Positions 48,389 through 57,508 of a DNA stretch of 64,000 bases are shown here, piece by piece. Location of the stretch: the IMG/VR virus record IMGVR_UViG_3300029985_000042, positions 3,513-67,512 of that record; one strand, 5' to 3'. The DNA comes from a virus. Every line of letters starts with the position of its first letter. Within the stretch, counting starts at the first letter, position 1. Under the pieces are notes generated by a model that saw only the letters and a program-made list of their open reading frames with translations, did not search any database and was not told where the DNA came from. A program made the position numbers and the translations under genes.

Positions 48389-48532
48389 GTATCAATAAAT
48401 ATATAGATTTTTTTCGTTTTTCGTTTTTTTATGTATATTTATATTTTATAATACAACAATCTTTTGTTGATATAACATTCAAACTCTTTATTGAGGTTCT
48501 AATAACTTCAGATTAAATATAAAAAATAATTT

Positions 48533-49795
48533 ATGAATACAACTAAAACTGAAATTAACGAAGCAATTGCTTTAGCAAAAGCTGTGAGACAAACTGCGCT
48601 CGCCAATGCTAAGGTCGCTCTCGAAGAACAATTCAATGAAAAATATCAAGCTTTGTTCGCTGAAAAACTTAAAAAAGAATCTGCTGGTTCTCCTGTAGAA
48701 TCAGATGAAAATGTAGTTGGTGAATCTGATATTGACTCCTTGATTAAAGAGTTAGAGTCTGATATCGAAGGTTCTGCCGGTGCTCCTGTTGTTGCTCCTG
48801 CTGCTGGTGCTCCTTCGGCTCCTGCTCCTGCCGTCGCAACTCCCGCTCCGGAAGGAACGACTGCTCCGGAAGGAACCCCAGTTGTCCAAGCCCCAGTTAT
48901 TGTTGTTGCTCCTGCTGCTGGTGCTGAACCGTCCGCTCCTGTTGGTGATGCCGGTGCTGGTGCTCCTTCGGCTCCTGCTCCTGCCGGTGCTCCTAATGCT
49001 GGTGTGGAAGATGAAGAAATCAATTTGGATGAGCTTCTCGAATCTTTAAAGAAAGAAATTGCCGAAGATGAAGAAAAAGAAACCATCGAAGAAGACACTA
49101 AGTTGAAATCTTCCGGTATTGGTGGCAAACCCGGAGCATCCAATAAACCTGCTTCTGGAGCAAGTTCAAGTTCTAAAATTGAAAGTGGTGGCTTGACTGA
49201 TAATGGGGTTCCGGAAGGCAAAGTAGAAGCGAAAGATGCAACTACTGCAAAACGTCCAAACGAAGCAAAAAATGCTACGTCAACAAATTTATCAACTCCG
49301 AAACTAGGTGGAACATCTGGTCCGGCTTTGAAAGCGGCTCGTCCTAACTCCGGTGGAGATTTTGAATCCACTGCTAAGTTGAGCGAAGCTAAACAGACAA
49401 TTAAAGAGCAGTCCGATGCTATTAATTATCTTAAAAATGAACTTAATGAAATCAACTTGCTGAATGCTAAATTGCTTTACACGAATAAGCTATTTAAAGA
49501 AAACAGCATCAATGGTGAGCAGAAATTGCGTATCGTTGAAATGTTTGATTTGGCAAAAAATATTCGTGAAGTCAAAATGCAGTTTGCTAGTATTACCGAA
49601 GCTCTAAGTTTCAGTGCAGCTACCAAAAAGACAACTGGGAAATCAATTCCAGCCTCGAAGGTTCAAGCTATCACTGAAGGTCTCGATAACAGCGTTGTGT
49701 CCAATAAGCCGACCAAGGAAATTATTTCTGAACAGGCTTTAAGCAAGGCAAGATTCATGGAACTCGCAGGAATCAAGCCGGTAGTAAACAAATAA
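48533..49795 (+). CDS. Prohead scaffold/core protein (gp22-like)
   Basis: EAIALAKAVRQTALANAKVALEE; Ala/Pro-rich linker; LNEINLLNAKLLYTNKLF; RFMELAGI; directly upstream of the capsid gene. Confidence 0.8.
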   Translation: MNTTKTEINEAIALAKAVRQTALANAKVALEEQFNEKYQALFAEKLKKESAGSPVESDENVVGESDIDSLIKELESDIEGSAGAPVVAPAAGAPSAPAPAVATPAPEGTTAPEGTPVVQAPVIVVAPAAGAEPSAPVGDAGAGAPSAPAPAGAPNAGVEDEEINLDELLESLKKEIAEDEEKETIEEDTKLKSSGIGGKPGASNKPASGASSSSKIESGGLTDNGVPEGKVEAKDATTAKRPNEAKNATSTNLSTPKLGGTSGPALKAARPNSGGDFESTAKLSEAKQTIKEQSDAINYLKNELNEINLLNAKLLYTNKLFKENSINGEQKLRIVEMFDLAKNIREVKMQFASITEALSFSAATKKTTGKSIPASKVQAITEGLDNSVVSNKPTKEIISEQALSKARFMELAGIKPVVNK

Positions 49796-49824
49796 CGGTA
49801 AACTTAGAAAACAAATAAAAAATT

Positions 49825-51516
49825 ATGAACGATGTAAAACAATTATTGACCAGTGCGCTTAATCCGCAAGCTCGTCTTTTGCAAGAAACCCGTGGTCTCG
49901 TGACCAAGTGGGACAAGACTGGATTACTTGAAGGTCTCAAGAGCCAAGTCGAAAAATCAAATATGTCTGTATTGCTTGAAAACCAAGCTAAACAGCTTAT
50001 CGAAGAATCTTCCTCAACTGGAACTTCTGGAAACTCCGAACAATGGGCTGGTGTAGCTTTGCCGTTGGTTCGCCGTGTGTTCGCAGAAATCGCAGCCAAG
50101 GAATTCGTATCTGTTCAGCCAATGAACCTCCCATCAGGGCTTGTGTTCTATTTGGACTTCAAATATGGTTCTAACAGCGGCGTGTTCACCAAAGACTCTG
50201 GCACAAACTATGAGTCATTGTTCGGTGGAACTGGTATCAAGTCTGGTTCAACAGACGCTCCGGTTAATGGTCTATATGGACCTGGTAGATATGCATACAC
50301 TATCAACGACCAGACAATCTCCTTAACTGGTGGTTCTGTCGCAAGTGCTTCTATCGCCGATATTAACTTTGACACTGGTAATGCAAATGACCCAGTTAAT
50401 CAGTCTATCTCTTCATCCTTGGCTGCTGGTGCGTTGTATACCTATACGACTACTAACTTCTCAGCCAACTCATTGACCGCATCAGGTTCCGCTCCTGATT
50501 TAAACGCCGTCCGTTCATTCACTATCAGTGGTTCTGGTATCGTCACTTATTACCCTGGGTTTACCCGTGTTAATGGTCCTGAAGCAGTGTTCGTGGTCAG
50601 CGGCTCAAGTGTTGCTACGACTGTTACGATTAACTACTCTGTCCAACCTCAACCGACGTCACGTGGCGACTTCGAAGATAAGGGTATTAAATCAACCTCA
50701 ACCGACACTGGACTTAACCAAGATATCGGTATTCCTGAAATCAACCTCCAGTTGAACAGCGAACCTATCGTTGCTAAGACCCGTAAGTTGAAAGCCGTTT
50801 GGACTCCTGAATTGGCTCAAGACTTGAACGCTTATCACAGCGTCGATGCAGAAGCAGAATTGACTGCGTTGCTCTCGGAATATGTGTCCATGGAAATCGA
50901 CCTCGAAATCCTCGACATGTTAATCACTAATGCTCCGAACATCAACAAAGAACGTTGGAGTGCTAAAATCAACCGTGATATCATCAAGACTGGTGCGAAT
51001 AGCTACAGCATTGTTGATAACTCAACGACTGCTAACGCTGGTGCTGGTTTCGGTTACTACACCAAGGCTTCGTGGTATCAGACTCTTGGTAACAAGATTC
51101 AGAAAATCTCGAACAGTATTCATCAGTTGACCCTCCGTGGTGGTGCTAACTTCATGGTCGTAGGACCGGCAGTCGCAACTATCTTGGAATCAATTCCTGG
51201 ATTCGTGGTTAACACTGATGGTGACTCCGCTAAGTTCGCAATGGGTGTCTCCAAGGTTGGTAACTTCGCAAGTCGTTTCCAAGTGTATAAGAACCCTTAT
51301 ATGCAGGAAAACTTAATCCTCATGGGTTTCCGTGGAAATAACTTCCTCGAAACCGGCGCAGTATACTCACCGTATATTCCGCTCATCCAAACTCCTTTGG
51401 TGTATGACCCGATTAACTTTACGCCAAGACGTGGTGTTATGACTCGCTACGCCAAAAAAATGGTTAGACCGGAATTTTATGGCCTAATCTACGTGTCTGA
51501 CACTAACTTAGTCTAA
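49825..51516 (+). CDS. gp23: Major capsid protein (T4 gp23-like)
   Basis: LLENQ; LPLVRRVF; VSVQPMNLPSGLVFYLDF; AKTRKLKAVWTPELAQDL; EIDLEIL; YSPYIPL; TRYAKK; strongly biased codon usage. Confidence 0.96.
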   Translation: MNDVKQLLTSALNPQARLLQETRGLVTKWDKTGLLEGLKSQVEKSNMSVLLENQAKQLIEESSSTGTSGNSEQWAGVALPLVRRVFAEIAAKEFVSVQPMNLPSGLVFYLDFKYGSNSGVFTKDSGTNYESLFGGTGIKSGSTDAPVNGLYGPGRYAYTINDQTISLTGGSVASASIADINFDTGNANDPVNQSISSSLAAGALYTYTTTNFSANSLTASGSAPDLNAVRSFTISGSGIVTYYPGFTRVNGPEAVFVVSGSSVATTVTINYSVQPQPTSRGDFEDKGIKSTSTDTGLNQDIGIPEINLQLNSEPIVAKTRKLKAVWTPELAQDLNAYHSVDAEAELTALLSEYVSMEIDLEILDMLITNAPNINKERWSAKINRDIIKTGANSYSIVDNSTTANAGAGFGYYTKASWYQTLGNKIQKISNSIHQLTLRGGANFMVVGPAVATILESIPGFVVNTDGDSAKFAMGVSKVGNFASRFQVYKNPYMQENLILMGFRGNNFLETGAVYSPYIPLIQTPLVYDPINFTPRRGVMTRYAKKMVRPEFYGLIYVSDTNLV

Positions 51517-51533
51517 TATTAATCAATAAACAC

Positions 51534-51563
51534 AAGGCTCCCATGAATTTGGGAGCCTTTTTT
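51534..51563 (+). terminator. Rho-independent terminator after the capsid gene
   Basis: AAGGCTCCCA-TGAATT-TGGGAGCCTT followed by a T tract. Confidence 0.85.
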
Positions 51564-51620
51564 ATTTTAGTTGATATACTAGATATATATCATATGTTAT
51601 TAGTATATCAACTAAAATAA
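51562..51620. repeat. Perfect 20-bp inverted repeat with 19-nt spacer
   Basis: TTATTTTAGTTGATATACTA (51562-51581) / TAGTATATCAACTAAAATAA (51601-51620). Confidence 0.85.
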
Positions 51621-51659
51621 CTTGACTCTTTCTTGCATATCGTATATACTTATTAGTAT

Positions 51660-53687
51660 ATGAATGATAAAAAAAGAATAGTAATAAATAAACCCCTTAC
51701 TAAAACATGTGATATATGCCACAATGATTTCTCATTATATTCATTTTCGAGTCATATAAAACATTTACATAAATTAACGTCGGATGAGTATGCTACTAAA
51801 TATGGAGAATTTCGGCAACCTAAACGAGAAAAATCAAACCGAATAATAAATAAAATAACATGTCAACTATGTAATGTAGAATTCTCCTCGGTTGGGATGT
51901 TCACACATCTCAGAGATACTCATAATACAACTCCTGATGATTATACGACACAATTTGGAGAATACCGTCCGTCCAAGATACGACAAAAAGAATATGTTGG
52001 TAGACTCGAAACAACGAACAAAGAAGACCATCAAATTTGTTTAATATGCAATCAGCCATTTCCATCCGGAAATTTACTTGGATATCATGTAAAAAATATT
52101 CATAATATTAATAAAAAGGATTATATAATGGATTATGTATTTAAAGGTGTTCGGACTTTATGTGGATGCGGATGTCAACGAAAAGTCAAGTTATTAACAT
52201 ATCATCCATATAAGGTAGATTTTATATCGGGGCATAATTCTGTTGGAGAAGGCAATGCAATGTTTGGGAAACATTTTTCAATAGAAACAAAAAAGAAAAT
52301 GTCGTTGAAGGCAATTGATAGAATTAACACCCAAACATTTGTAAAAACTGATACTAAGCCAGAATTGGAATTTAAATCTATATTAGATAAATTACAAATC
52401 AATTATATCCACCCATATACTGTCGATTTGGGTAAACGTCATGCGTCGATTGATTTTTATCTTCCCGATTATAATATGCTAATTGAAGTTGATGGTGAGT
52501 ATTGGCATCCTAAAGATTTTAGTAAATTAAATTTTCATACAATTTCCAATATTATATCAGATGGCGAACGTAAAGGATTGAAAAATCTATATAGAATTAG
52601 AGAATTTGACATGGCTAAATTTATGGAGTGTGCCGCAACTAAAGAATTGGCAATTGAGTATATTAAAACAAATAATATCATATTTAATCCGGAATTAAGA
52701 TATAAGAAACCGATTATAAATAAAACATACTTTCAAGAATGCCTCTTGAAAAAGGGGAAGGAATATGTAAAATCATTTAACTGGATACTTCGAAAATTCA
52801 TTCGAACATTCCAACCTGAATTACCTTACCCTGATTTGGAAGAAAATTTGCCTGATATATTATCTAAACTATCAAAGATGGATACGTCTAAGCCATATAA
52901 TCCAGAGACAAAAGAATTTTCCAATAATATAAGTGTAGTGGGACATAATTATTTAAAGCATTATTTTCATTCATATTGGGGAAGTAAATTTAATGGTAAT
53001 CCCTCGCCAAAGGAGGCTTGGTTAGATGATAAAATAATGCAGGAAGTTATTGATTATCGAATTGGATGTAATACGAGTGGGGAGGTATATGATTTTAGTT
53101 TACATCAATGTGTGAGAGGATTGAGTGCTCGAAGAATAAGTGTATCTTTTTTTAAACCGGCGTTGGCGGCTTCTATTTATAAAACTTATTTGGGAGATAT
53201 AACTAATCCAGTGGTATTAGACCCATGTTGTGGATTTGGGGGTAGATTGTTAGGATTTAAGAGCCAATATCCAGATGGAAAATATATTGGATGTGAACCT
53301 AATGTTGAAACATATAATGAATTACAAACACTAATTAAAAATGGTAATTGGGAGGATAGTGTTGAAATATATAATTGTAAATTTGAAGATTTTGTATTTA
53401 ATAACAATTATAAATTTGATATGATATTTACAAGTATTCCGTATTATGATGTTGAAATATATTCTAATAATACCGAATACAAATCGTTTGAAGAATGGAG
53501 AAATACATTTATAAACTCGATTGAAAATTGTAAATTATATTCTTCCAATGTATATATTAATTTGCCGGTTGAATTATGTAATTCGTTAGGATGGTCTGAT
53601 AAGGTAGAATCATATATTATATCAAATAGAAGTCATTTTGATAATAAAGAAGGTAAGAAAATGGAGCCGATTGTTAAGTTGTCTTAA
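51660..53687 (+). CDS. Fusion: Zn fingers + NUMOD3 + Vsr-like endonuclease + DNA methyltransferase
   Basis: Three C2H2 fingers; CGCGC; NAMFGKHFS; IDF...LIEVDGEYWH; FFKP..A; LDPCCGFGGRL; FTSIPYY. Confidence 0.8.
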   Translation: MNDKKRIVINKPLTKTCDICHNDFSLYSFSSHIKHLHKLTSDEYATKYGEFRQPKREKSNRIINKITCQLCNVEFSSVGMFTHLRDTHNTTPDDYTTQFGEYRPSKIRQKEYVGRLETTNKEDHQICLICNQPFPSGNLLGYHVKNIHNINKKDYIMDYVFKGVRTLCGCGCQRKVKLLTYHPYKVDFISGHNSVGEGNAMFGKHFSIETKKKMSLKAIDRINTQTFVKTDTKPELEFKSILDKLQINYIHPYTVDLGKRHASIDFYLPDYNMLIEVDGEYWHPKDFSKLNFHTISNIISDGERKGLKNLYRIREFDMAKFMECAATKELAIEYIKTNNIIFNPELRYKKPIINKTYFQECLLKKGKEYVKSFNWILRKFIRTFQPELPYPDLEENLPDILSKLSKMDTSKPYNPETKEFSNNISVVGHNYLKHYFHSYWGSKFNGNPSPKEAWLDDKIMQEVIDYRIGCNTSGEVYDFSLHQCVRGLSARRISVSFFKPALAASIYKTYLGDITNPVVLDPCCGFGGRLLGFKSQYPDGKYIGCEPNVETYNELQTLIKNGNWEDSVEIYNCKFEDFVFNNNYKFDMIFTSIPYYDVEIYSNNTEYKSFEEWRNTFINSIENCKLYSSNVYINLPVELCNSLGWSDKVESYIISNRSHFDNKEGKKMEPIVKLS

Positions 53688-53699
53688 TATTTATATAAT

Positions 53700-54244
53700 A
53701 TGATATTACTTAAATCTCTGTTATCCGAGCGGTTTTATACTGATACTGGAGGTTGGTATCATGGTTCGGCCTCTGGAGATTTGAGGGTGGGTCTACTGGA
53801 TTACACCTTGGCACATTTTTAGCGGCAAAGCAAGCGTTAGATGCAAGTATTGGTGCTCCAGTGGAGGGTGAATGGGATGGAACTAGAGAATATGGTAAAA
53901 CTTTATTATGTGGTAAAAAAAGTTTAAAGAAAAAAGGAATATCCGAAACTGGATTTAATTGTGAAATTCCGGATGAAGATTTTTATCCAAACAATAAACC
54001 AGAATTAAGATGGTTAAAATATTTAAAATATGATATGAAACCAGCTATTAAAAAATATAAAATATTATGTCCAATGACTAATATGACTTCAAATCCATAT
54101 CACGACTGGAAAGCTAATGGATATATGCGTGGACTATTAAAACGAGGAGTTGCTAAACGAGGATTTTATTATAAAAACGAATCGGAAGATTATGGTAGTA
54201 TATCGGTGGTAGTTCCTAATGGAGATTGTGTAAAAGAAATATAA
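53700..54244 (+). pseudogene. ADP-ribosyltransferase-like protein with MILLKSLLSE leader, split by a -1 frameshift at about 53786
   Basis: Frame 1: MILLKSLLSERFYTDTGGWYHGSASGDLR. Frame -1: GGSTGLHLGT..AA...GFYYKNESEDYGSISVVVP. Confidence 0.6.
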
Positions 54245-54293
54245 ATTGTAGAGATTAAATCTATTTATCATTTAGTAAATAATATTTATATAT

Positions 54294-55165
54294 ATGATAG
54301 ATAATAAATTCATATATTTAATATTAATTTTACTACTACTTCTATCCCCAGAAACATATTCCCAGTCAAATACCAATTCAAATATAACTGAAATTCAGAT
54401 TCAACAATCAGTTAATTCAATGAAAAATGGAGGGACTATTACGTTACCCAATGAAGTAATACGAATAAATACTCCTTTATTAGTAACAAATAGTAACGTA
54501 AGAATTGTTGGTGATACTAATACCATCCTTAAATTGGATGATAATTCTAATTGTCCAATTATAGTGATAGGGATTCAAGGAGGTGATGTCATAACAAACA
54601 GTGAACTTATATCTTTACAATTGGATGGGAACCGAACAAACCAATGTCGGGAAATTTGGAAATTGTCAGATATAGGATATCCGATTTATAATAATGGGAT
54701 AGTAATACAAAATGCAAGAGATATTTTTTTATATGATATAATAACATCTAATTGTAGGTCGGGAGGATTAGTATCAACATTAAATGTTAATAAGTTGGTA
54801 GTTGTAAATTATGTATCTTTTAATAATCAATTTGATGGGATTTCGTGTTATCAAACTAGTAATAGTTATTTTATAAATCTATATCTTCATGATAATATTG
54901 CCGCTGGTATTTCTGTAGATATGGGATTTAATTATAATATATTTAAAAATATAATAATATTGGAATAGTCATTCGAAATAGTTCTAATAACGTATTTAAG
55001 GATGTAACACTGGAACAAAATTTAAAATTTGATATATTTTTGGCATCGGTTGACAATCGACCATTTACTGGATGTAATAATAATATATTCAACATAAAAC
55101 ACGATGGAATCATATTTAAAGACGTTATTTTATGCACAAATAACCTTTTTTATATTAAACTTTGA
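54294..55165 (+). pseudogene. Secreted right-handed beta-helix protein, frameshifted near 54950
   Basis: Signal peptide; GGTITLP; LDGNRTNQ; NN.FDG repeats; after TAG 54968 the -1 frame continues NNIGIVIRNSSNNVF... to TGA 55165. Confidence 0.6.
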
Positions 55166-55176
55166 TATTTATTCAT

Positions 55177-55980
55177 ATGATTAAACTCCGAGATTTGTTG
55201 TGTGAACGAATGTCTTTTAGAGACATTCTAAGGGCGTCTGATTCCGCACGGTTAAATCGTTCAAAAACAGTATCTAACAAATCGTTGGGAGTTAGGTCTA
55301 ATGACGAATTAGAAACTTGGAACTTTTCGTATAAAACTACAGGGGGAAAATCAACTACGGGTAGGCGTCACCGTGGGTATATAAAATTTAATAAAGAAAA
55401 CGTTGATTCCACAGATAATCCCGCCGATTTAGAAATTATATGTGACTGCAACTGTCCGGACATGACGTATAATCTTGCATATAGAAATAATCAAAAACAA
55501 ATTACCCCGATAGGTTCTACCGCAATTAACGGTTCTAATGGACAGAAACCTACTCCGGAACATGACCATTTCGGATTATGTAAACATTTAGGTTCGTTGG
55601 CTAGATATCTCAATGAAACTACGATACAAGCACCTCAAGAACCGGAGCCAGCTAATGTTCCAACTTCTCAAGTGAAACAGTCGCCTGAAAAAATACCAAT
55701 AATTAACCCTACGTCTGACGCACCAACGCCGGAGGACTCTCATTCGATAGAGCCGACCCCCGTTCCACCGTCAAACAGGAAAATTCCTCCTCAAAAAAAT
55801 AAACCAATTAAACCACCGGAAAAAGAAGTTCCTCGACAAAAAGCACCGGTAAAAATCGGTGATACTTATTCGGATGAAAATGAAATAACGGAAAATAACA
55901 ATATTAAAAAATCATTGCGGCAAAAAATCGAAGAGTTTATAAAGAAAACTCCAATGTTTAACGTTCCTTATCCTGATTAA
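55177..55980 (+). CDS. SWIM-type Zn finger protein with MIKLRDLLCE leader and Pro-rich tail
   Basis: CDCNCPD...GLCKHL; late motif at 55165. Confidence 0.7.
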   Translation: MIKLRDLLCERMSFRDILRASDSARLNRSKTVSNKSLGVRSNDELETWNFSYKTTGGKSTTGRRHRGYIKFNKENVDSTDNPADLEIICDCNCPDMTYNLAYRNNQKQITPIGSTAINGSNGQKPTPEHDHFGLCKHLGSLARYLNETTIQAPQEPEPANVPTSQVKQSPEKIPIINPTSDAPTPEDSHSIEPTPVPPSNRKIPPQKNKPIKPPEKEVPRQKAPVKIGDTYSDENEITENNNIKKSLRQKIEEFIKKTPMFNVPYPD

Positions 55981-57112
55981 TTATTTTATTTCCCTTATCA
56001 ATATTTCCAATTGAGGTTGAGCCATGGTCTCTTGCTATCTTGGTGGTAGCCCATCGTGGATATAAATTAGTATAATGACATGCCTTTCGAAATTCTTCTA
56101 AATTAGTTAAATCAAATACGTCTAGAGGAATGTTGTGGTCGATATGCCATACTTTACCGTAATTTTCCATTGTCATTCCAAGTTCAAACTTACTTTTTAA
56201 ATATATTATAAAGTCATCAATCGAAATTCCCAAATCCTTAACCGCAGAGCCTAATTTAGAATTTCGTTTTAGAGCACAATATAATCTAGTTCGCAAATTA
56301 CATGCTATTTTAAATTTTGGACTTTTGGCTTTAAGTTCTCGTCTACTTCTATTCACTTTTTCACGATTGTTCTTATAATATAATGCCTGTTTTTCTCTGT
56401 TTTTATAATAATTTAATCTATTTTTTAATTGTCTTGCATCTTTATTATCAGTGTAATATTTTCTTTTCCTTTCTATTAATAGTTCTTTATTTTTTAATCT
56501 ATACAACTTTCCTTTTATTGCTACTATTTCTTTATTCTTAATATAATTTATCCTTCGGGTTTCTTTTAATATTTCTTTATTTTTTATAGCGTAGGATTTC
56601 TTATATTCGCTGGTTTTTAATTTATTTAATTTTCGTTGTTCTCGTATGAGTTCTTTATGTTCGGTATAATACACCCGACTATGTTCGGTTTGTTTCTCTT
56701 TATCTTTTATATATCTAAGTCTACTTTTTTCCTTGATTGATGATTTATTCTTTAAATTATAGTTCTTCAGATATTCCGTGCGTTTAATTGCTTTTTCTTC
56801 TTTTATCCTAAATAGTTCTTCATCTGATATGATTATTTTATTTTTAACTCTCCTTTCTCTTTTTGAATTACTACTGCATAATTTACATATGGTATGATAA
56901 CCGTCCTTTTTGGACTTATCTTTACAGAAGTCGTCTATATTTTTTTCGATGCCACATTTATTGCATTCTTTTCTTATTTTCCCAATATCGTCGCATATTT
57001 TCGATATTAATCCGTTCTTTATGTCGGTTGTAGTATCGTTTGGCTCTTGCTCGTTGGAGTTCAAGCAATTCTTCTCTGGTTCGGTTAAGTTTTGGTTGAG
57101 ATTTTCTTCCAT
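55958..57112 (-). CDS. HNH endonuclease with basic helical repeats
   Basis: CNKC...CKLC; NLRTRL; MTMENYG..WHIDHNIP...CHYTNL...N..KGNK. Confidence 0.8.
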   Translation of the reverse strand: MEENLNQNLTEPEKNCLNSNEQEPNDTTTDIKNGLISKICDDIGKIRKECNKCGIEKNIDDFCKDKSKKDGYHTICKLCSSNSKRERRVKNKIIISDEELFRIKEEKAIKRTEYLKNYNLKNKSSIKEKSRLRYIKDKEKQTEHSRVYYTEHKELIREQRKLNKLKTSEYKKSYAIKNKEILKETRRINYIKNKEIVAIKGKLYRLKNKELLIERKRKYYTDNKDARQLKNRLNYYKNREKQALYYKNNREKVNRSRRELKAKSPKFKIACNLRTRLYCALKRNSKLGSAVKDLGISIDDFIIYLKSKFELGMTMENYGKVWHIDHNIPLDVFDLTNLEEFRKACHYTNLYPRWATTKIARDHGSTSIGNIDKGNKIINQDKER

Positions 57113-57422
57113 AATTTCTTACTCCAAATATTATATTATAACAATTTTTTTTATCTTTTTTTGCATTGTTCAGATATTTCTGTTCAATGTCCGATAATTC
57201 TTCTGCTGTTTTATCTTCGAATTTTTCCAATACTTCATATTTAAACATTTTTTCACCATATTTGTTCCACGCATTCTGCATATGAGTATTATAATGTATA
57301 TTTCTTCTTAATTTACTCTTATGGTCACTCCATCTAGTATGTTTTAGTATATTTGAGTCGCTTCCAATATAATATTTATTTGATTTAATATTTGTTATTT
57401 TGTAAATGCCCTTTATATTCAT
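56958..57422 (-). CDS. GIY-YIG endonuclease
   Basis: GIYKITNIKSNKYYIGS...RWSDH...H.N..MQNAWNKYG...F.YEVLE...EQKYL...YN. Confidence 0.8.
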   Translation of the reverse strand: MNIKGIYKITNIKSNKYYIGSDSNILKHTRWSDHKSKLRRNIHYNTHMQNAWNKYGEKMFKYEVLEKFEDKTAEELSDIEQKYLNNAKKDKKNCYNIIFGVRNYGRKSQPKLNRTREELLELQRARAKRYYNRHKERINIENMRRYWENKKRMQ

Positions 57423-57508
57423 ATACTATACATATAAGCGAGTTTAAGAGAACGTCATATTATTTCAAATTATTTTTTGGTATATAAGAATGATGACGAT
57501 ATTTATAT

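Noticed and set aside
48780-48990. GC-rich GCTCCT repeats
   Set aside because: They encode the Ala/Pro linker of the scaffold; ordinary low-complexity coding sequence.
48646-49371. 241-aa antisense ORF and other antisense or nested ORFs in the track (e.g. 47090, 59207, 19300)
   Set aside because: Shadows of real genes caused by codon bias; no motifs or initiation signals.
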